Positions 26,346 to 39,549 are shown, numbered from the whole stretch's first letter. The stretch: 63,956 bases of DNA, filler included, from Reticulomyxa filosa (GCA_000512085.1; 23 parts of 23 records of this genome joined end to end with filler, not necessarily neighbours in it), one strand, 5' to 3'. Notes: generated by a model from the letters alone, not told the origin. Translations and numbers: made by a program.

Positions 26346-26688
26346 TATTGTTAGCTAAAATAGGAGAATGTAAATTAGAAAAGAGGGAGAGCCCAAAAAC
26401 AAATCGCAAAGATTTTTTTAGAAAAACCCCTAAAATTCTTGAATTTTTCTTGGGTGGTTTTGCAGTCTCATTATGTGGTTTTTTTGTAATTACAAAAGGT
26501 ACTAATTCAAAATGAAGCACGTAAATGCTTTCATATTAAAAGTACAGCATTATTTCTTTATGTTTATAATCATTTTTTGTGTTAAGCCGTGCCAAAAACC
26601 TGAACTTCTAGTTGCACGTGGAAACACTGCTGCTCGAAGTGTATAAGAGCACAAACCTGCTGACAAAAAGGGATAAACATTTAGATTG

Positions 26689-27517
26689 ATGAGCGAAGAG
26701 TCAATTCGAGTGTTAGGACGATTTCGTCCAATAAGTAGTTCCGAAAGACGTCATGCAGAAGAAGAGGTAAGGTTTTTTAGTGCTTGTCTCTGTCTACTTT
26801 TCTTTTTTTTTTTTCCCTTCATATTTCATGTTATGAAATGTCCCGTTAGTAGGAGGAGAAAAAAAAAAAGTGAGTACATTTTGAATATGTACCCCCCAAC
26901 GAATATGAGAAAAAGTGTAATAAAAAAATAAAAATAGAGGTTGACAGACATGCCTCCAGTATATCTGGACTCGCAAAGTGTGAGACTGGCACGAGACAAT
27001 GAAAACTCACAGAAGCCATACAAATGTACATTGGACCGAATATTTTCATCGGAGTCGACCCAAGCAGAAGCGTTTGTACAAATTGGCAAACCAATGGTGG
27101 ACGCAGCTTTGGAAGGGTACAATGCAACGATTTTTTGCTATGGCCAAAGTGGGGCAGGCAAATCATTTACAGTTTCGACAATAAGCTACAAATAGTCTCA
27201 ATCAATTATATATACATATATACATATATGTATATATATATATATATGCATACACACACACCAAAAAAGATGTTCGGACCGGAAACATCGGACAAAGAAA
27301 GAGCAGTTGACAAAGAACTGAATGGAATCGTGCCTCGATGTATCGAGTACTTGCTGCAGTGTTTGACGGAGCGAACGAATATGATGTCGAGGGCATTTAG
27401 TGCGACGGATGATGACGATGATCAAGATGATGATGATGATGATGATGAACAGGAGGATGACAAGGCCCCATCCATTATCAAAGAATGGAAAGTCTACGTG
27501 GAGTTTATCCAAATTTA
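26689..27517 (+). CDS. Kinesin motor protein, N-terminal part
   Basis: IRVLGRFRP, LDRIF, GYNATIFCYGQSGAGKSFT|MFG, GIVPR and VEFIQI. Two introns and an Asp-rich loop. Confidence 0.92.
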
Positions 27518-27888
27518 NNNNNNNNNNNNNNNNNNNNNNNNNNNNNNNNNNNNNNNNNNNNTTAATTAATTAANNNNNNNNNNNNNNNNNNNNNNNNNNN
27601 NNNNNNNNNNNNNNNNNAAAAAAAAAAAGTAGTAATAAGAAAAAAAAATAAAGGTAGTAATAAAAAAAAAGTATACTAAAAAGAAAAAAGAAAAAAGAAA
27701 AAGAAAAAAAAGAAAAAAAAAAAGAGTAAAGAACAAAGATGATAAATGAAAAAAAAATTGGATTTGAAATAATTATTTTTTTTTAATATTTAAAAAGTGG
27801 TTGTATCCCGCGCGGGATAACATTAGTTAAGTAAGTTTTCTCTTTGTGTGTGTTTGTTTAAAAAATGTATGTGTTGTTGAATGTTATA

Positions 27889-28617
27889 GAATCCGAAGGC
27901 TGGCAAATCGTTTGTGTGGAAGCATTATATCAAAATTTTTCGATGCAGCGAGAAGTGAATAATGCAATGGATCAAAAGGTAAAGTGACCGTGGGCAAATA
28001 CCAAATGTTTGTGTGTTGTTTGTTTGTATATACATTGGTGACTAAATCAAATGCCAAAAGCAAGTAAAAAAAACAAAAATAGATCAAATAAACGACATGG
28101 TTGGAAATATTGGAATTCGACGTTTCCTTCGCTGCGAGAGCAGTTGCAATGAATTATCAATGGTCAACTTTGTGCTATCCATAACACTTCACATCAAGTG
28201 TCTGATTGGGAAAAAGGCCAGCTTGTTATTGAGCCAACCTATAAATGGTGTGAATTTTCATCCTAGACTACAAACAAACTATAGAGCACACCATTTTATA
28301 TCTGCGCACTTGTATATTTTAAAAAAAGAATATTATATACCTGTTTTGTTTGGAAAAAAAAAAATAATAATAATACAAAAAAATAATTAGTACAAGTAAG
28401 TTCGAAGTGCAATGGGCATCCACAGGAATTGTACAAGTCGATTTCAAGCACAAATTTAGTGGTCAAGCCAGTAATGAAAAGAAAAAATATTCGACATTGC
28501 GATCGAGCAACCACTACATCGGAAGAATCATCCTATGTAAGAACGGTTCAATTTAGCTTTGTCGAAACTCCAAGACATTGGCAAGAAAGAAGAGAAAGAG
28601 TAGGACGGTGATGAAGA
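27889..28617 (+). pseudogene. Degraded exons of an unknown gene
   Basis: Coding-like segments between AG/GT signals, with in-frame stops. Confidence 0.25.
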
Positions 28618-28717
28618 NNNNNNNNNNNNNNNNNNNNNNNNNNNNNNNNNNNNNNNNNNNNTTAATTAATTAANNNNNNNNNNNNNNNNNNNNNNNNNNN
28701 NNNNNNNNNNNNNNNNN

Positions 28718-29487
28718 TGACAACCCCAAGCTCAAGCTGGTGACCGCGGTCGAGCTCGGCTACCAGGGCCTCACCATCAACCTGTCCAACGGACCGAAGG
28801 CCGATACGCCGCTGGCCAAGGATGCCCGTGTCCGCCAGGCCTTCGAACTGTCGATCGACCGCGAGGCACTGAACCAGGTCGTCTTCAACGGCGAGTTCGT
28901 CGTCGGCAACCAGTGGATCAACCCGAGCAACCCGTACTATCAGCAGGCTTTCCCGGTGCCTAAGCGCGACGTCGTCAAGGCGAAGGCGCTGCTGAAGGAA
29001 GCGGGCGTCAGCGGCCGCATGTCGCTCGACCTCATGGTGCCGAACAACCCCGAGACCCGGCAGGTCGCCGAGGTGCTCCAGTCGATGGTCGCGGAGACCG
29101 GCTTCGACCTCAAGATCCGCGTCACCGAGTTCGCGACCTCGCTGAAGCAATCCGAGAGCGGCGACTATCAGCTCTATCTCATCGGCTGGTCGGGCCGCAG
29201 CGACCCCGACGGCAATTCCTACATTTTTCCATGTCTGCGGCCAGCCGCAGAACAATTCCGGCTATTGCGACAAGGAAGTCGACGCCTGGCACAACGAGGC
29301 GCGCATCAAGAGCGACCCTGCGGAGCGCAAGAAGATCTACGAGAAGATCACCGCCAAGTACCTGCCCGAAGGCTCGATCAAGTATCTCTACCATCGTCGC
29401 GTCCTGGTCGCGCTTTCCGACCGGGTCGATGGCTACAAGCAGATGCCCGACGGGCTGATCCGCGTCGTCGGCGTCAAACTGAAGTAA
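28718..29487 (+). CDS. Bacterial peptide ABC transporter substrate-binding protein (family 5, DppA/OppA-like), 5' partial
   Basis: High GC, no introns. DARVRQAFELSIDREAL and GWSGRSDPD. Indel near 29228; the true C-terminus is PDGLIRVVGVKLK*. Confidence 0.9.
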
Positions 29488-29491
29488 AACC

Positions 29492-30092
29492 TTGCTGACC
29501 TTCCTCTCCCAGCGACTGCTGCAGATCATCCCGACGCTGATCCTGGTGTCGATGCTGATCTTCGGCCTGCAGCAGCTCCTGCCGGGCGACCCGGCGCTGA
29601 TCATGGCGGGAGAGGAGCGCGACCCGAAGGTGCTCGAGGAGATCCGCGAGCAGTACCGGCTGAACGAGCCGATCCCCGTCCAGTACTTCTACTGGATAAA
29701 GGGCGTTCTCTCCGGGAACCTGGGCGAGTCGATGCGGCTCAAGAGTTCGGTGTCGTCGCTGGTCGCCGAGAAGCTGCCGGTGACTCTCCAGCTCGCCGCC
29801 ATGGCGCTGATCGTGGCGTTCGGTATCGGCATCCCGGCCGGCATCATCTCGGCGGTGAAGAAGGACACCGCCTGGGACTACGGCGCCAATATCTTCGCCC
29901 TGTGGGGGCTCAGCACGCCCAATTTCTGGCTGGGCATCCTGATGATCTTCCTGTTCTCGGTGACGCTCGGCTGGCTGCCGGCCTCGGGCTACGTCCGGCT
30001 GGGCGAGGACTGGCGCGCCAGCCTCGCCACCACGGTGATGCCGGCCTTGTGCTGGGCAATGCCATCGCCGCCGTGCTGATGCGCCACACGCG
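29492..30092 (+). CDS. dppB: Bacterial peptide ABC transporter permease (DppB/OppB-like), 3' partial
   Basis: TTG start 4 nt after the binding-protein stop. LLPGDPA, QYFYWIKGVLSGNLGES, KLPVTLQL and PNFWLG. Confidence 0.88.
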
Positions 30093-30384
30093 NNNNNNNN
30101 NNNNNNNNNNNNNNNNNNNNNNNNNNNNNNNNNNNNTTAATTAATTAANNNNNNNNNNNNNNNNNNNNNNNNNNNNNNNNNNNNNNNNNNNNTATCAAAA
30201 AAATTTGTTAACTGATTGGATTCTTTTTGAATGAGCAAAATATTTTTGATTGAATTTACAAAGCTGACCAGATCAAATTTTGTCAATTTTAATAATATCA
30301 TTTTTGGCATTGATTCCTTCTCTATTTATAATCTTTATATTTATCTTTGAGTGTATAACATTTTCTTTGGTAAAAATTTCCAAA

Positions 30385-30560
30385 TGAGAAATTCGTGTTG
30401 CGTAGCACACGTTGAGATTCCTTAAGTAGAGTGGAAAATTCCTTCAAACTTTCAAAGGAGTTGAAGTGATAATATGGACTTTGTTCAGTTTGTCTTTTTT
30501 GTTAATGTTGCTGAATTTTTTTAAAAAAAGGGATGTGACACGATCCTTTTTGGAGAAACA
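30385..30560 (-). pseudogene. 5' fragment of a Kelch-like gene with its upstream motif
   Basis: Reverse complement matches 35205-35415 (CAGCAACATTAACAA...ACAAACTGAACAAAGTC...GAAAGTTTGAAGGA). The start codon is lost. Confidence 0.7.
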
Positions 30561-30864
30561 AAAAAAAGAGTTTGTGTAGCAACAAATTATTCAAAAAAAT
30601 GCGACGAATGTTTTCTTCAACAATTTCATCTAATTGATATTGAAAGCGCAGTCAACAAAAATAATTCAGTTATTTCTTTGGCAAGTACAATAAAATAATT
30701 AAATTATTTTTATTATGAACAAGAAATTGTACATGTCAACAAATTAATGAAAATTTTGACCTTTTTTATGTATCAACAGTTTTACTCCATTTTTTTTTGG
30801 ATATCAACAATTTCAAGATTGTTCACTCCGTTTTTTTTTTTCTTAAGTACATTCTCTATCTTAA

Positions 30865-31717
30865 ATGGAACGACTCCAACAATCATACAGCACAATTGAA
30901 GAAGAAATTATCTCGAGGGGTCCTTCCAACTTAGAATTGTTTTTCTCCAAAAAAGGAACTGATACAAAAAGTTCTAGAATTTTTAGCCTTCATATCTGTT
31001 AGTATTTTTTTTTTTTCTTAAAAAGAATGTCAGAAATATTCAAAAGTCGGTCAGGACCAAAGCCAACAAGCTTAGATTGGAACCTAAAACAGTTTTTTCA
31101 AGACTTTTGCAAGTCTCCGCAGAAAGGGTTGAAAGAAGTTAAAAAGTTATTGTCAAGAGCTGCAGATGTTGATCCTCAAACTGGACAACCTTTGCATGAA
31201 CACAAAATCCACGGGTATTTTATTTTAATTATTTTTTTTTCACCCCTTTTCTATCATCGTTCGATACGCAAAATCGCAACATTTCTATTTAAAAAAAAAG
31301 ATTTATAGAATTAGGTGGAGCAGCAAAAATAAAAGAGTTATTAGATCAATATCAATCAAAAGAAGATAAAGAAGGTGTTCACAGATGTTTAAAATTACTT
31401 AGTAATAATTATTTTCCATTCGACAATGAACTTATAGTGAATGAACTAAAAATGATTGATTTTTTGATTACTTTGCAAAAACAATCATGGATAAAATCCG
31501 ATTCCATTATTGTTAATGAAATTGATATTATTTTAACTCGATGGAATAAAATTATAGAAACTAGTTTTACTCAAGAAGTAAAACTACAAAGAGTCGGGTT
31601 TTATGAAAATGAAAATAAACAAGAAATAGTAAATTGTATTAGATATTCTCCAGCAGATCCAGTTATACAAATTTCATATTCAGAAATAACTCTTTTTCAA
31701 AGTTAATTATTTATCTT
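30865..31717 (+). CDS. Hypothetical protein, at least 3 exons, 3' partial
   Basis: Open exons near 30865-30997, 31026-31214 and 31309-31702, separated by short GT-AG introns. Confidence 0.55.
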
Positions 31718-31817
31718 NNNNNNNNNNNNNNNNNNNNNNNNNNNNNNNNNNNNNNNNNNNNTTAATTAATTAANNNNNNNNNNNNNNNNNNNNNNNNNNN
31801 NNNNNNNNNNNNNNNNN

Positions 31818-32612
31818 CCAAATCCTGTGTCCACATTCAAAAAGCAAAATAAAAAGAAGAAGAAAAAAAGAAAGATTCTTTAAAAAAATAGTTAACAAAA
31901 GATTGCTTGCGTGCGAAGATGCCTGCCACGATCCAATTTCCAACACTTTTGCCTCCTCTTTTTTTTCTTTCATTTTTTTTGGTTAGCTCTTGCACTTGCG
32001 TTTGCAATTTAATAATTTGAAGTCTCATATCTTTTAGCATTTCATTCACAAGATCGATCTCACTTTGTTCCACTTCTTTGAGGGCCAATGCATAATTGGC
32101 TGTGAATAGCCCAGTATCATGTTCAATAATTATCACCAATTGATCCCCTTTGTTAAAGATGGAACTCACTTTTGATGGCTCCAGTTCTGTCTCAGATCTC
32201 AGGTACCCTTACAAGGCCCATGTCCGACGAAGTATAGCGACACACATACAAGAAAAATTCAAATTGGAATTTGTTTGCAATTTCTCTTTTTCTCCCCTCC
32301 CCTTGTTCAATCAATGGATATCCTTTTGCAAAAGTTATTTGTTCATACCAATTTCTACTCTTGCTTTTGATGCGCCCTGAGTCGCGGTTTGAATTATTTT
32401 TTGAATAGTCTCCAATTTTAGGTTTTGATAAAATCCACTCTTCAGAAGATCATCACGGTAAACTTTCCAGTGAATAGTCTCTTTGTTATTAAATCACGAC
32501 ACGTTATTTCCAACTGGTCCTTTAACACATATGCTGTCACTTCAAAATTACTTCCCTCTGTACTTCCTGGTGTTTTCTTTTCCTCAGCTTTTCCTGGTTC
32601 ATCCATACTCAT
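31818..32612 (-). CDS. Possible SAS-6/CCDC61/XRCC4-type head domain followed by a coiled coil
   Basis: LEITCRDLITKRLFTGKFT...LETIQKIIQTA...RVEIGY...QLVIIIEHDTGLFTANYALAL, then heptads. One intron and probable indels. Family assigned by pattern only. Confidence 0.45.
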
Positions 32613-33126
32613 TTTTACTATTTTGCTTTTAAAAAAAGAAGTTGTTTGGGGATTCTACTTTTTTTGGGTAAAAACTAAAATACAAAGAACATTTCATAAC
32701 ACTTTAAGAATATTCACAAAGTTAGCTAAAATTTATTTCTAGACTAAGTTTTGTAAGTATAAGTAATAAACTTAACTGTAATAAAATAAATTATATTATT
32801 AAAAAAATAATTTTTAAAAGTGTAGTTCATGTGCTGATTTTTGTGGACACTTGTATATTTAAATTAGTTTATGATTATATAATTAGAAAATTGTTTATAT
32901 TCAATTGTACTTTTTTTATATTTATTTTTTTCTATTTAATCAAAATGGTATATCATAAGTGAAGTAAATAATATTATCATTGTATATGTACGACACTTCT
33001 TTTTAAAAAAATTTTTAATAAAAAAANNNNNNNNNNNNNNNNNNNNNNNNNNNNNNNNNNNNNNNNNNNNTTAATTAATTAANNNNNNNNNNNNNNNNNN
33101 NNNNNNNNNNNNNNNNNNNNNNNNNN

Positions 33127-33420
33127 CAATGGACATACAGATACTGTATGGTGTGTTGAATATTCACCATTTGTAATAAAGAATAGTAGTGGTGATTCAA
33201 ATGTAATTTGTTCTGGATCAAGTGATAATACAATTCGTTTTTGGGATATTCGATCAAATAAGATTGAATTGCACGTGATGGAAGTAGATGAGGGAATATT
33301 ATGTCTTAAATTTATAAAATTGATAAAGAAAGTAAATAATAATGAGCAAAAACTAAATGACGATAGCTGTATTAATTTATGCATGGCTCGAACAAAGGTT
33401 TAATTTGTATTCGAAGATGA
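33127..33420 (+). CDS. WD40-repeat protein, C-terminal fragment
   Basis: GHTDTVWCVEYSPF...ICSGSSDNTIRFWDIR, a paralogue of 25615-25908. Indel near the end. Confidence 0.8.
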
Positions 33421-33550
33421 ACAATTGATAAATTTTGTTTTGAATGAAGTATCTTTTTGTTTGACTGTATTATCAATACAGTGTTTTGTATAGTATTTTT
33501 ATAATATGTTTCCAAGTTAAATATATGCTAGATCAAAACCAAAATGATAT

Positions 33551-33636
33551 TTAAAAACTACACTATTTGTAGATATTTTTTAAATAAAAAAAAAATTAGA
33601 TCTGAATGTTGTTTTTTCATGAAGAAAATCATTATC
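33551..33636 (+). repeat. Dispersed repeat family A copy (partial)
   Basis: TTAAAAACTAC...GTAGATATTTTT...ATTAG...TTTTTCATGAAGAAAATCA is shared with 56941-57020. Confidence 0.65.
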
Positions 33637-34199
33637 TGTATTATCCATCATGAATATAATTTGTTTGATTTTAGACAACACAAAAAACACATTTCAACAT
33701 TACATTCTTCCTTTTTTTGTCTTTGTTTTCAGTCTTCTATTTTTTACGATTTTGTTTGTTTCATTCTCATTCTCCTTTTCATCGTCATCATCTTACTCTT
33801 GTTTCCCTTCATCTTTTTTTACTTCTAATTTAATCTTTTTTTCATTTCTTTATTCAATCGCTCCATTACTTGAGTTTTCATGCCATTAAATTTTGAAAGA
33901 AATTTGTAAGAAATAAATTTTGACATTAAAACAGAATAAAGTCTTAAGAAGGTTGGATAATCGCAAGAGTTTCATTGCAATTTTTTATTAAAAATGAATA
34001 AGTATATTGATTGAATTATGTAAATCATGCTCCCGTGGCAAGAGTAGATCCACTTGACCAACTTTTTTGTCTCTTCAATGAATATTTTTTGAACATACGC
34101 AAATTGACAAATTTTTTAAAAATTTACAAAAATCAATAAAAATGAAATAAAAACAAAAATCATAGCGATAACTGTTTCATCAAAATAAATAAGTAAATA

Positions 34200-34845
34200 A
34201 TTATTACCAATTGTGAATATGAGTTCGCACTTCTGTCATTTTATCATCTTCTCCTCCAATAATGGGTATATGACTTTCTTCTTCACTTAATATTGCAACA
34301 CAATAACACAATGGACCGTGTAAAGTGTCTTCGCGAATTGAATACTTGTGCAATGTTTTGAAAGAGTAGTACCATTCCAACTACATCTACCAAAAAACAA
34401 GGTGACATCATTGATACACACATGCATATCCATAAATGTTGCAATATAATCAAAAACAGGTAGTTTATGAAATTGAAAATTATTGTTATCTTCATCACAT
34501 TTAATTGATAATCCTTTCTTTTCATAAATTTTTCTTCAAATGAAAGAGATTCAAAAGTCAACAAAGTGATTTGATTGCTGTGTTTGCTGTTGTTATCTAT
34601 CAATTTTACTATAAATTGTCCATCTAATGTAACATGACTTGGATACTCACAAATAAATTTGTATTCGTTTTTGATGGTATGATAAGAACAATCATCGTTG
34701 TAATAACATCCACAAATGATGATTTCGTGTTTGTGTAGCACACATTGAGATAAAGTGGAGTGGGCAGTTTCTGCAAACTTTGAAAAGAGGTATTAAGATA
34801 TTGACTTTGTTTAATTTCTCTTTCAGAAGGTTTTTGGGTTCCCAT
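34200..34845 (-). pseudogene. Kelch-like family pseudogene
   Basis: Collinear with 35270-36331 (FQSLQKLPTPL, LHKHEIIICG, YHTIKNEYKFICEYPS), with frameshifts and an internal deletion. Confidence 0.85.
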
Positions 34846-35269
34846 GTTGTCAATGTTAAATAGTTTTTAACTTTTTCTTTATAAAAAAGGGACGTGAATA
34901 ACCCTTTTGAAAAAAAACGAAAAAGCAGCAAATTCAAACGTTGAATTGATATAATTTTTTGTCTTTTTGTAATTATTACCTTAATGTTATCATTGCAGTA
35001 ATGGACACAAATATTTACTTTGTTTTGTTAAGAGTAGCTAAGTGATATTGTCTTTATGTTCTTGGGTCTATTTAAAATAATTACAATTATGAGATTTTCT
35101 GTGAAATAAAAAGATATTAATCAAAGTTTGTTGATTTCCATTTTCTAATTAATTCATTTTAAAAGTTGGATTATTGTTTGATTTGTTTTTGTTTATTTTT
35201 TCAAAGGGGTCACATCCCCTCTTTTTTTAAAAAAAGTTAAATTAAAAAAAATTCAGCTACATTAACAAC

Positions 35270-36521
35270 ATGGCTAATCGAAATACATCTCCTGAAAAAC
35301 AAACTGAACAAAGTCAACATATTAATACTTCAACTCCCTTTCAAAGTTTGAAGGATTTGCCCATTACACTTTCTCAATCTCAATGTGTTCTACACAAACA
35401 CGAAATCCTCATTTGCGGGGGTTATGGTCGAAGAGCTTGTTATTCTTATCATACACTCAAAAACGAATACAAGTTTATCTGTGAGTATCCAAGTGATGTT
35501 TACTTAGAGGGACACTGTGTGGTGAAACTGGTGGATAACAACAACGACAAAGATAGCGATAAAATCACTTTGTTGTCTTTTGGATCTAATTTTGATGGAG
35601 ACTATAGACATACATTGGTGATGAAATATGTAAGTGTTTGGAGTAATGACAGCAGTGAAAATGAAATAAATAAATCAAACAATTACAATCAATGGGTTCC
35701 TTTCACAGACAATCAAAATCATCCAATTATCATTGGAGATAATGATAACTATGTAGGAGTACGTGCAGTGATAGGTGGAAGTAACAATCATTTGTTATTT
35801 ATCACTTATTGGGAAAAAAATATTAGCGTATTTAATTTAAATACATTTCAAGTTATCAATGACGATACTTTACCAATTGATCCTTATATTTATTATCATT
35901 GCTTTGTATCAAATTCAGAAAATGAACAAGAAAAAAATAAGGAAAAAATTTATGAAATGCTGTTATTTTATGAAGATATAAGATTATCAATTGAATATGA
36001 TGAAGATAATAACAATTTTCAATTTTATGAATTAACTGTTTGTGATGATATTGAGCCACTCCATAATTATGCATATGTTTGCATCAGTGATACCATTTTC
36101 TTCTTTGGTGGAAATTGTTATAACAATCGTTCAAAATCAGTATATAAGTATTTAATTCGAGAAAACAAATTGATGACATTTGAAAACACTTTACCCAGTC
36201 CATTAGAATATTGTGCTGCAATACTGAATGAAGAAGACAATAATATACACATCATTGGAGGAATAGATAATGAAGGCAAAGAATTAACTCACATGAAGAC
36301 TAAAGTGCGTATATGGGATGCTTCACAGTTGGTAATGATTTTTTTTTTTGATAGAATAAAATAAATTTTAATACAAAACTGATTAACAAATAATAAACAA
36401 TGAACAGTCAAAAAACGAAATAAAATTTATTATTCAACATTGGATTGGAAATTTAATGATAAAATTAGGATGGATTGATGATTTTGATCGAATTATTTTC
36501 AAATACAGTAGGATGAAATAA
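35270..36521 (+). CDS. Kelch-like beta-propeller protein
   Basis: Exons 35270-36331 and 36408-36521. Repeated GG motifs (ILICGG, AVIGG, FFFGG, IHIIGG) and tail IQHWI...LGWIDDFDRII. Confidence 0.85.
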
Positions 36522-37299
36522 AATTTGACAAATAGGAATAATTCTATCAAAGATAAGAAAATAAAAAATAAATAAAGTAATTATTAAATTATACTAGATT
36601 CTCTTTTTACTTACTTGATCTTAATGAATTAAAACAAATTATTGTCAATGCATTCACCCCCAAACATAAATTAACATAACTATTACAATTTGAAGTATGC
36701 TCATTGTTATTTGCGTGATTGCATTAAGAAACATCAAATATTTTAAAAATTAAATACGTTTATTGTTTATAGCAAAAATAGACAATGAGATAACATAGTT
36801 TTAAAAGCCAACAAAAAATAAAATATTATTATTGCAAATTGAAAATTCTCTTCAAAAAAACCTTTATGCGAAGATGGGGCGATGTTTCCCAAAATAAAAC
36901 AAAAATGAGGATTCTCTGCCTTCTTTTAAATCAATATAATTTCATTTTGAAAATTGAAAATGCTTACGGCTATTCATTTAAGAGATTTTATAATCTGTTT
37001 GTTTGTAAAAAGAAGTTATAACATGTTAAACAAAATAACTATGAAATTTTTGAATATGTCAATGATATTGATAAATTCGATCTTGCTTTAGATATATTTC
37101 CCTCTTTTACAGAACATTTTGGATAACATTAGACAAAATAGAATTGTCCCAATTGTTAATAAATAAATCATACTCTTTGTAANNNNNNNNNNNNNNNNNN
37201 NNNNNNNNNNNNNNNNNNNNNNNNNNTTAATTAATTAANNNNNNNNNNNNNNNNNNNNNNNNNNNNNNNNNNNNNNNNNNNNTATATTGTTAAAAAAAA

Positions 37300-38560
37300 T
37301 GGAATATGGTGCAGATGTTGAAGGAGGCAATCACATATGGCTGTCGAGTGAGCCACTTTCATATGGAACTATTCTTCCGATGTCGTGTCTCCAATTTGGC
37401 GATAATCAAGTCAAGATCATTATCAAATAAGAAGATAAAGATTGTGCAGAAAAAGATTATTCCAATGCCATTCCATCGTTGGATTTGTGTTAAAAAGATC
37501 GTAGGTTTTGCGCGTCCTTAACACAGACCAATTTCATATAGTGCGTTCCCTCAATGGAATTTACTTAGATAGTTTGTGACAATATCAAGAGCATTACCAA
37601 TGATAATGACAGACACAGTCTATGTTCTCTTCTATTAATTTGTCAATTCAAGACATTGGACTAGTATTATGTGCGCCAATATTTGAGTTCCGCTGCTGTT
37701 GGTGTACGATGAAAAGATTTCATGTTGTTACGTTATTTATTACAAAAAGCAACAATATTATGCCAATCGATAATTGGATTGACTATTCAAAAGTTGATCC
37801 ATTATTTCCAATCAAAACAAAGCTCGGATATTGTCGATGTGTTGGCGGCACTGGGCCCTGATGAATGGATAAGTGGCAATATTTTGTATCAGCAGCCTAG
37901 CTCTCTCTATCTACTAGCAACTCTACCAAAGAACTCGCCGCGTGGATACGAACAACTTTTCCGTTTCCAAAAACTAAAGCACTCAAATTCGAAAATTGGA
38001 AGGGTCTGCCATCGATAAGATCGCCATTCAAAAAAATGGTAGCTCTAGTGAAAGAGCTTTTCAATGATATAAGCCTCCCCGCCAAGTCAGTTCAATTGTC
38101 CAAAATATTGTGATACTTGGTGGAGCATTATCATTGGAAGCAATGCACGCGCGTTCCAACACAAGAACTCAATATATTTGGTTGGTCATTTGTGCGCCTG
38201 CTCTCTTTCCTGTTATCGATGCTATAATTTGTGCTCGGGTTCATTGCTTGAAAAAGTTTTTTTTTGTGTGTATATATTTAATATATAACATCTTTTTACG
38301 TATACGTATTATTTATTTTTTATGTGTATAGTGAGTTGCTTGAAATTTTTGAATAGATATTCAATGGTGTCAAATGGAAATTACAGTCGTTGCTGTCAAT
38401 ATTGTCATTGGCGCCGAAGTGAACCTCCGCAAAAATGGCGATAGAACAGCAATGGTGTGCGTCGATTATGGATCATGATATTATGTTTTGCATAACGTAT
38501 AATTTGGGAGGGGAAATGTAAAGGTCCATATCGTGCTCATGATTAATTGAATTTGATGCG
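37300..38560 (+). pseudogene. Frame-disrupted fragment of a large unknown gene
   Basis: Coding-like composition across ORFs 37722-38018 and neighbours, with multiple frameshifts. Confidence 0.3.
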
Positions 38561-39549
38561 CTTCGCAACCTATGTTTTCAAGTTATAACTTTTTTTATAA
38601 TGTGATTGGAAAACATTTAAACACGCACGATAAATACACACTTATATAACATAGGGTCGATACCGTCTGTCGAGCAATTGGAAAGTGGCTGTAGTTGTGG
38701 TGCCAGCAAAGTTTAAACAACACCAAGTGACGGCATGTTCGATCCAGTATTTGACTTGCCTCAAATGTTTGCCCAAAAAATGTCCGCTTTTTTGGAATTG
38801 TAGTTTGTTCGTATTTTTGGAATGATAATCTTGACATTCCCATCTTTATCATCAAATTAAATTTCTCTCACAAAATTTCTGAATTTAAATATTTGAGTTT
38901 TTGCTAAGGCTATCTATGGCAATTGTACAGCAATCAATCACGAACAACTTTTCTTAGGGCTAAAAACAATCAATATTTCAAATTACAAAATTAGTTGATC
39001 TTTCACAAATTGTTAAAAAATATTGAAAAGGTCTGAATTTATTAAATTTTCAAATAAAATTTCAAAAAAAAAATTCGGTGGAACTTTTTACTTGCACTTT
39101 TCCACCAGCCTTTTGTAATTCATATGCAACGCAAACATATCCAAAAAGCACGCGGCAAAAAGATTGAAAAACAAAAAAAATAAAAAAAAATTATAACAAA
39201 CCAATGTATGGTATTAAATGTAACCCTTGACTGGCAAGGCCCAAGAAATTAAACGAGAAATGATCAAAACAATGATGTGTCAATGTCGATGTTATTAATG
39301 TATGGTACCTGTGCAATTTCCAATCTTTTATCGAAAACACAAAATGATCAGTCAGCGTTTCTTTTGACACTGGATACGAGGAAAAGTTATCATTGTTTAA
39401 TCCTTCCTGTTTGCAATTTTGCGTTTGTTCTCTTAAAAAAGTGAACCATTTTGTACGATATTGTCCAAAGACAAACCAACGCTCTACCATTCTTTTTTTG
39501 TTCTTCTCATCTCATTCATATCTTCATATTAAATACCTTTTTAAGAATA

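Noticed and set aside
28718-30092. Horizontal gene transfer into the host
   Set aside because: The contig is wholly bacterial, bounded by linkers, and shows no amelioration or introns.
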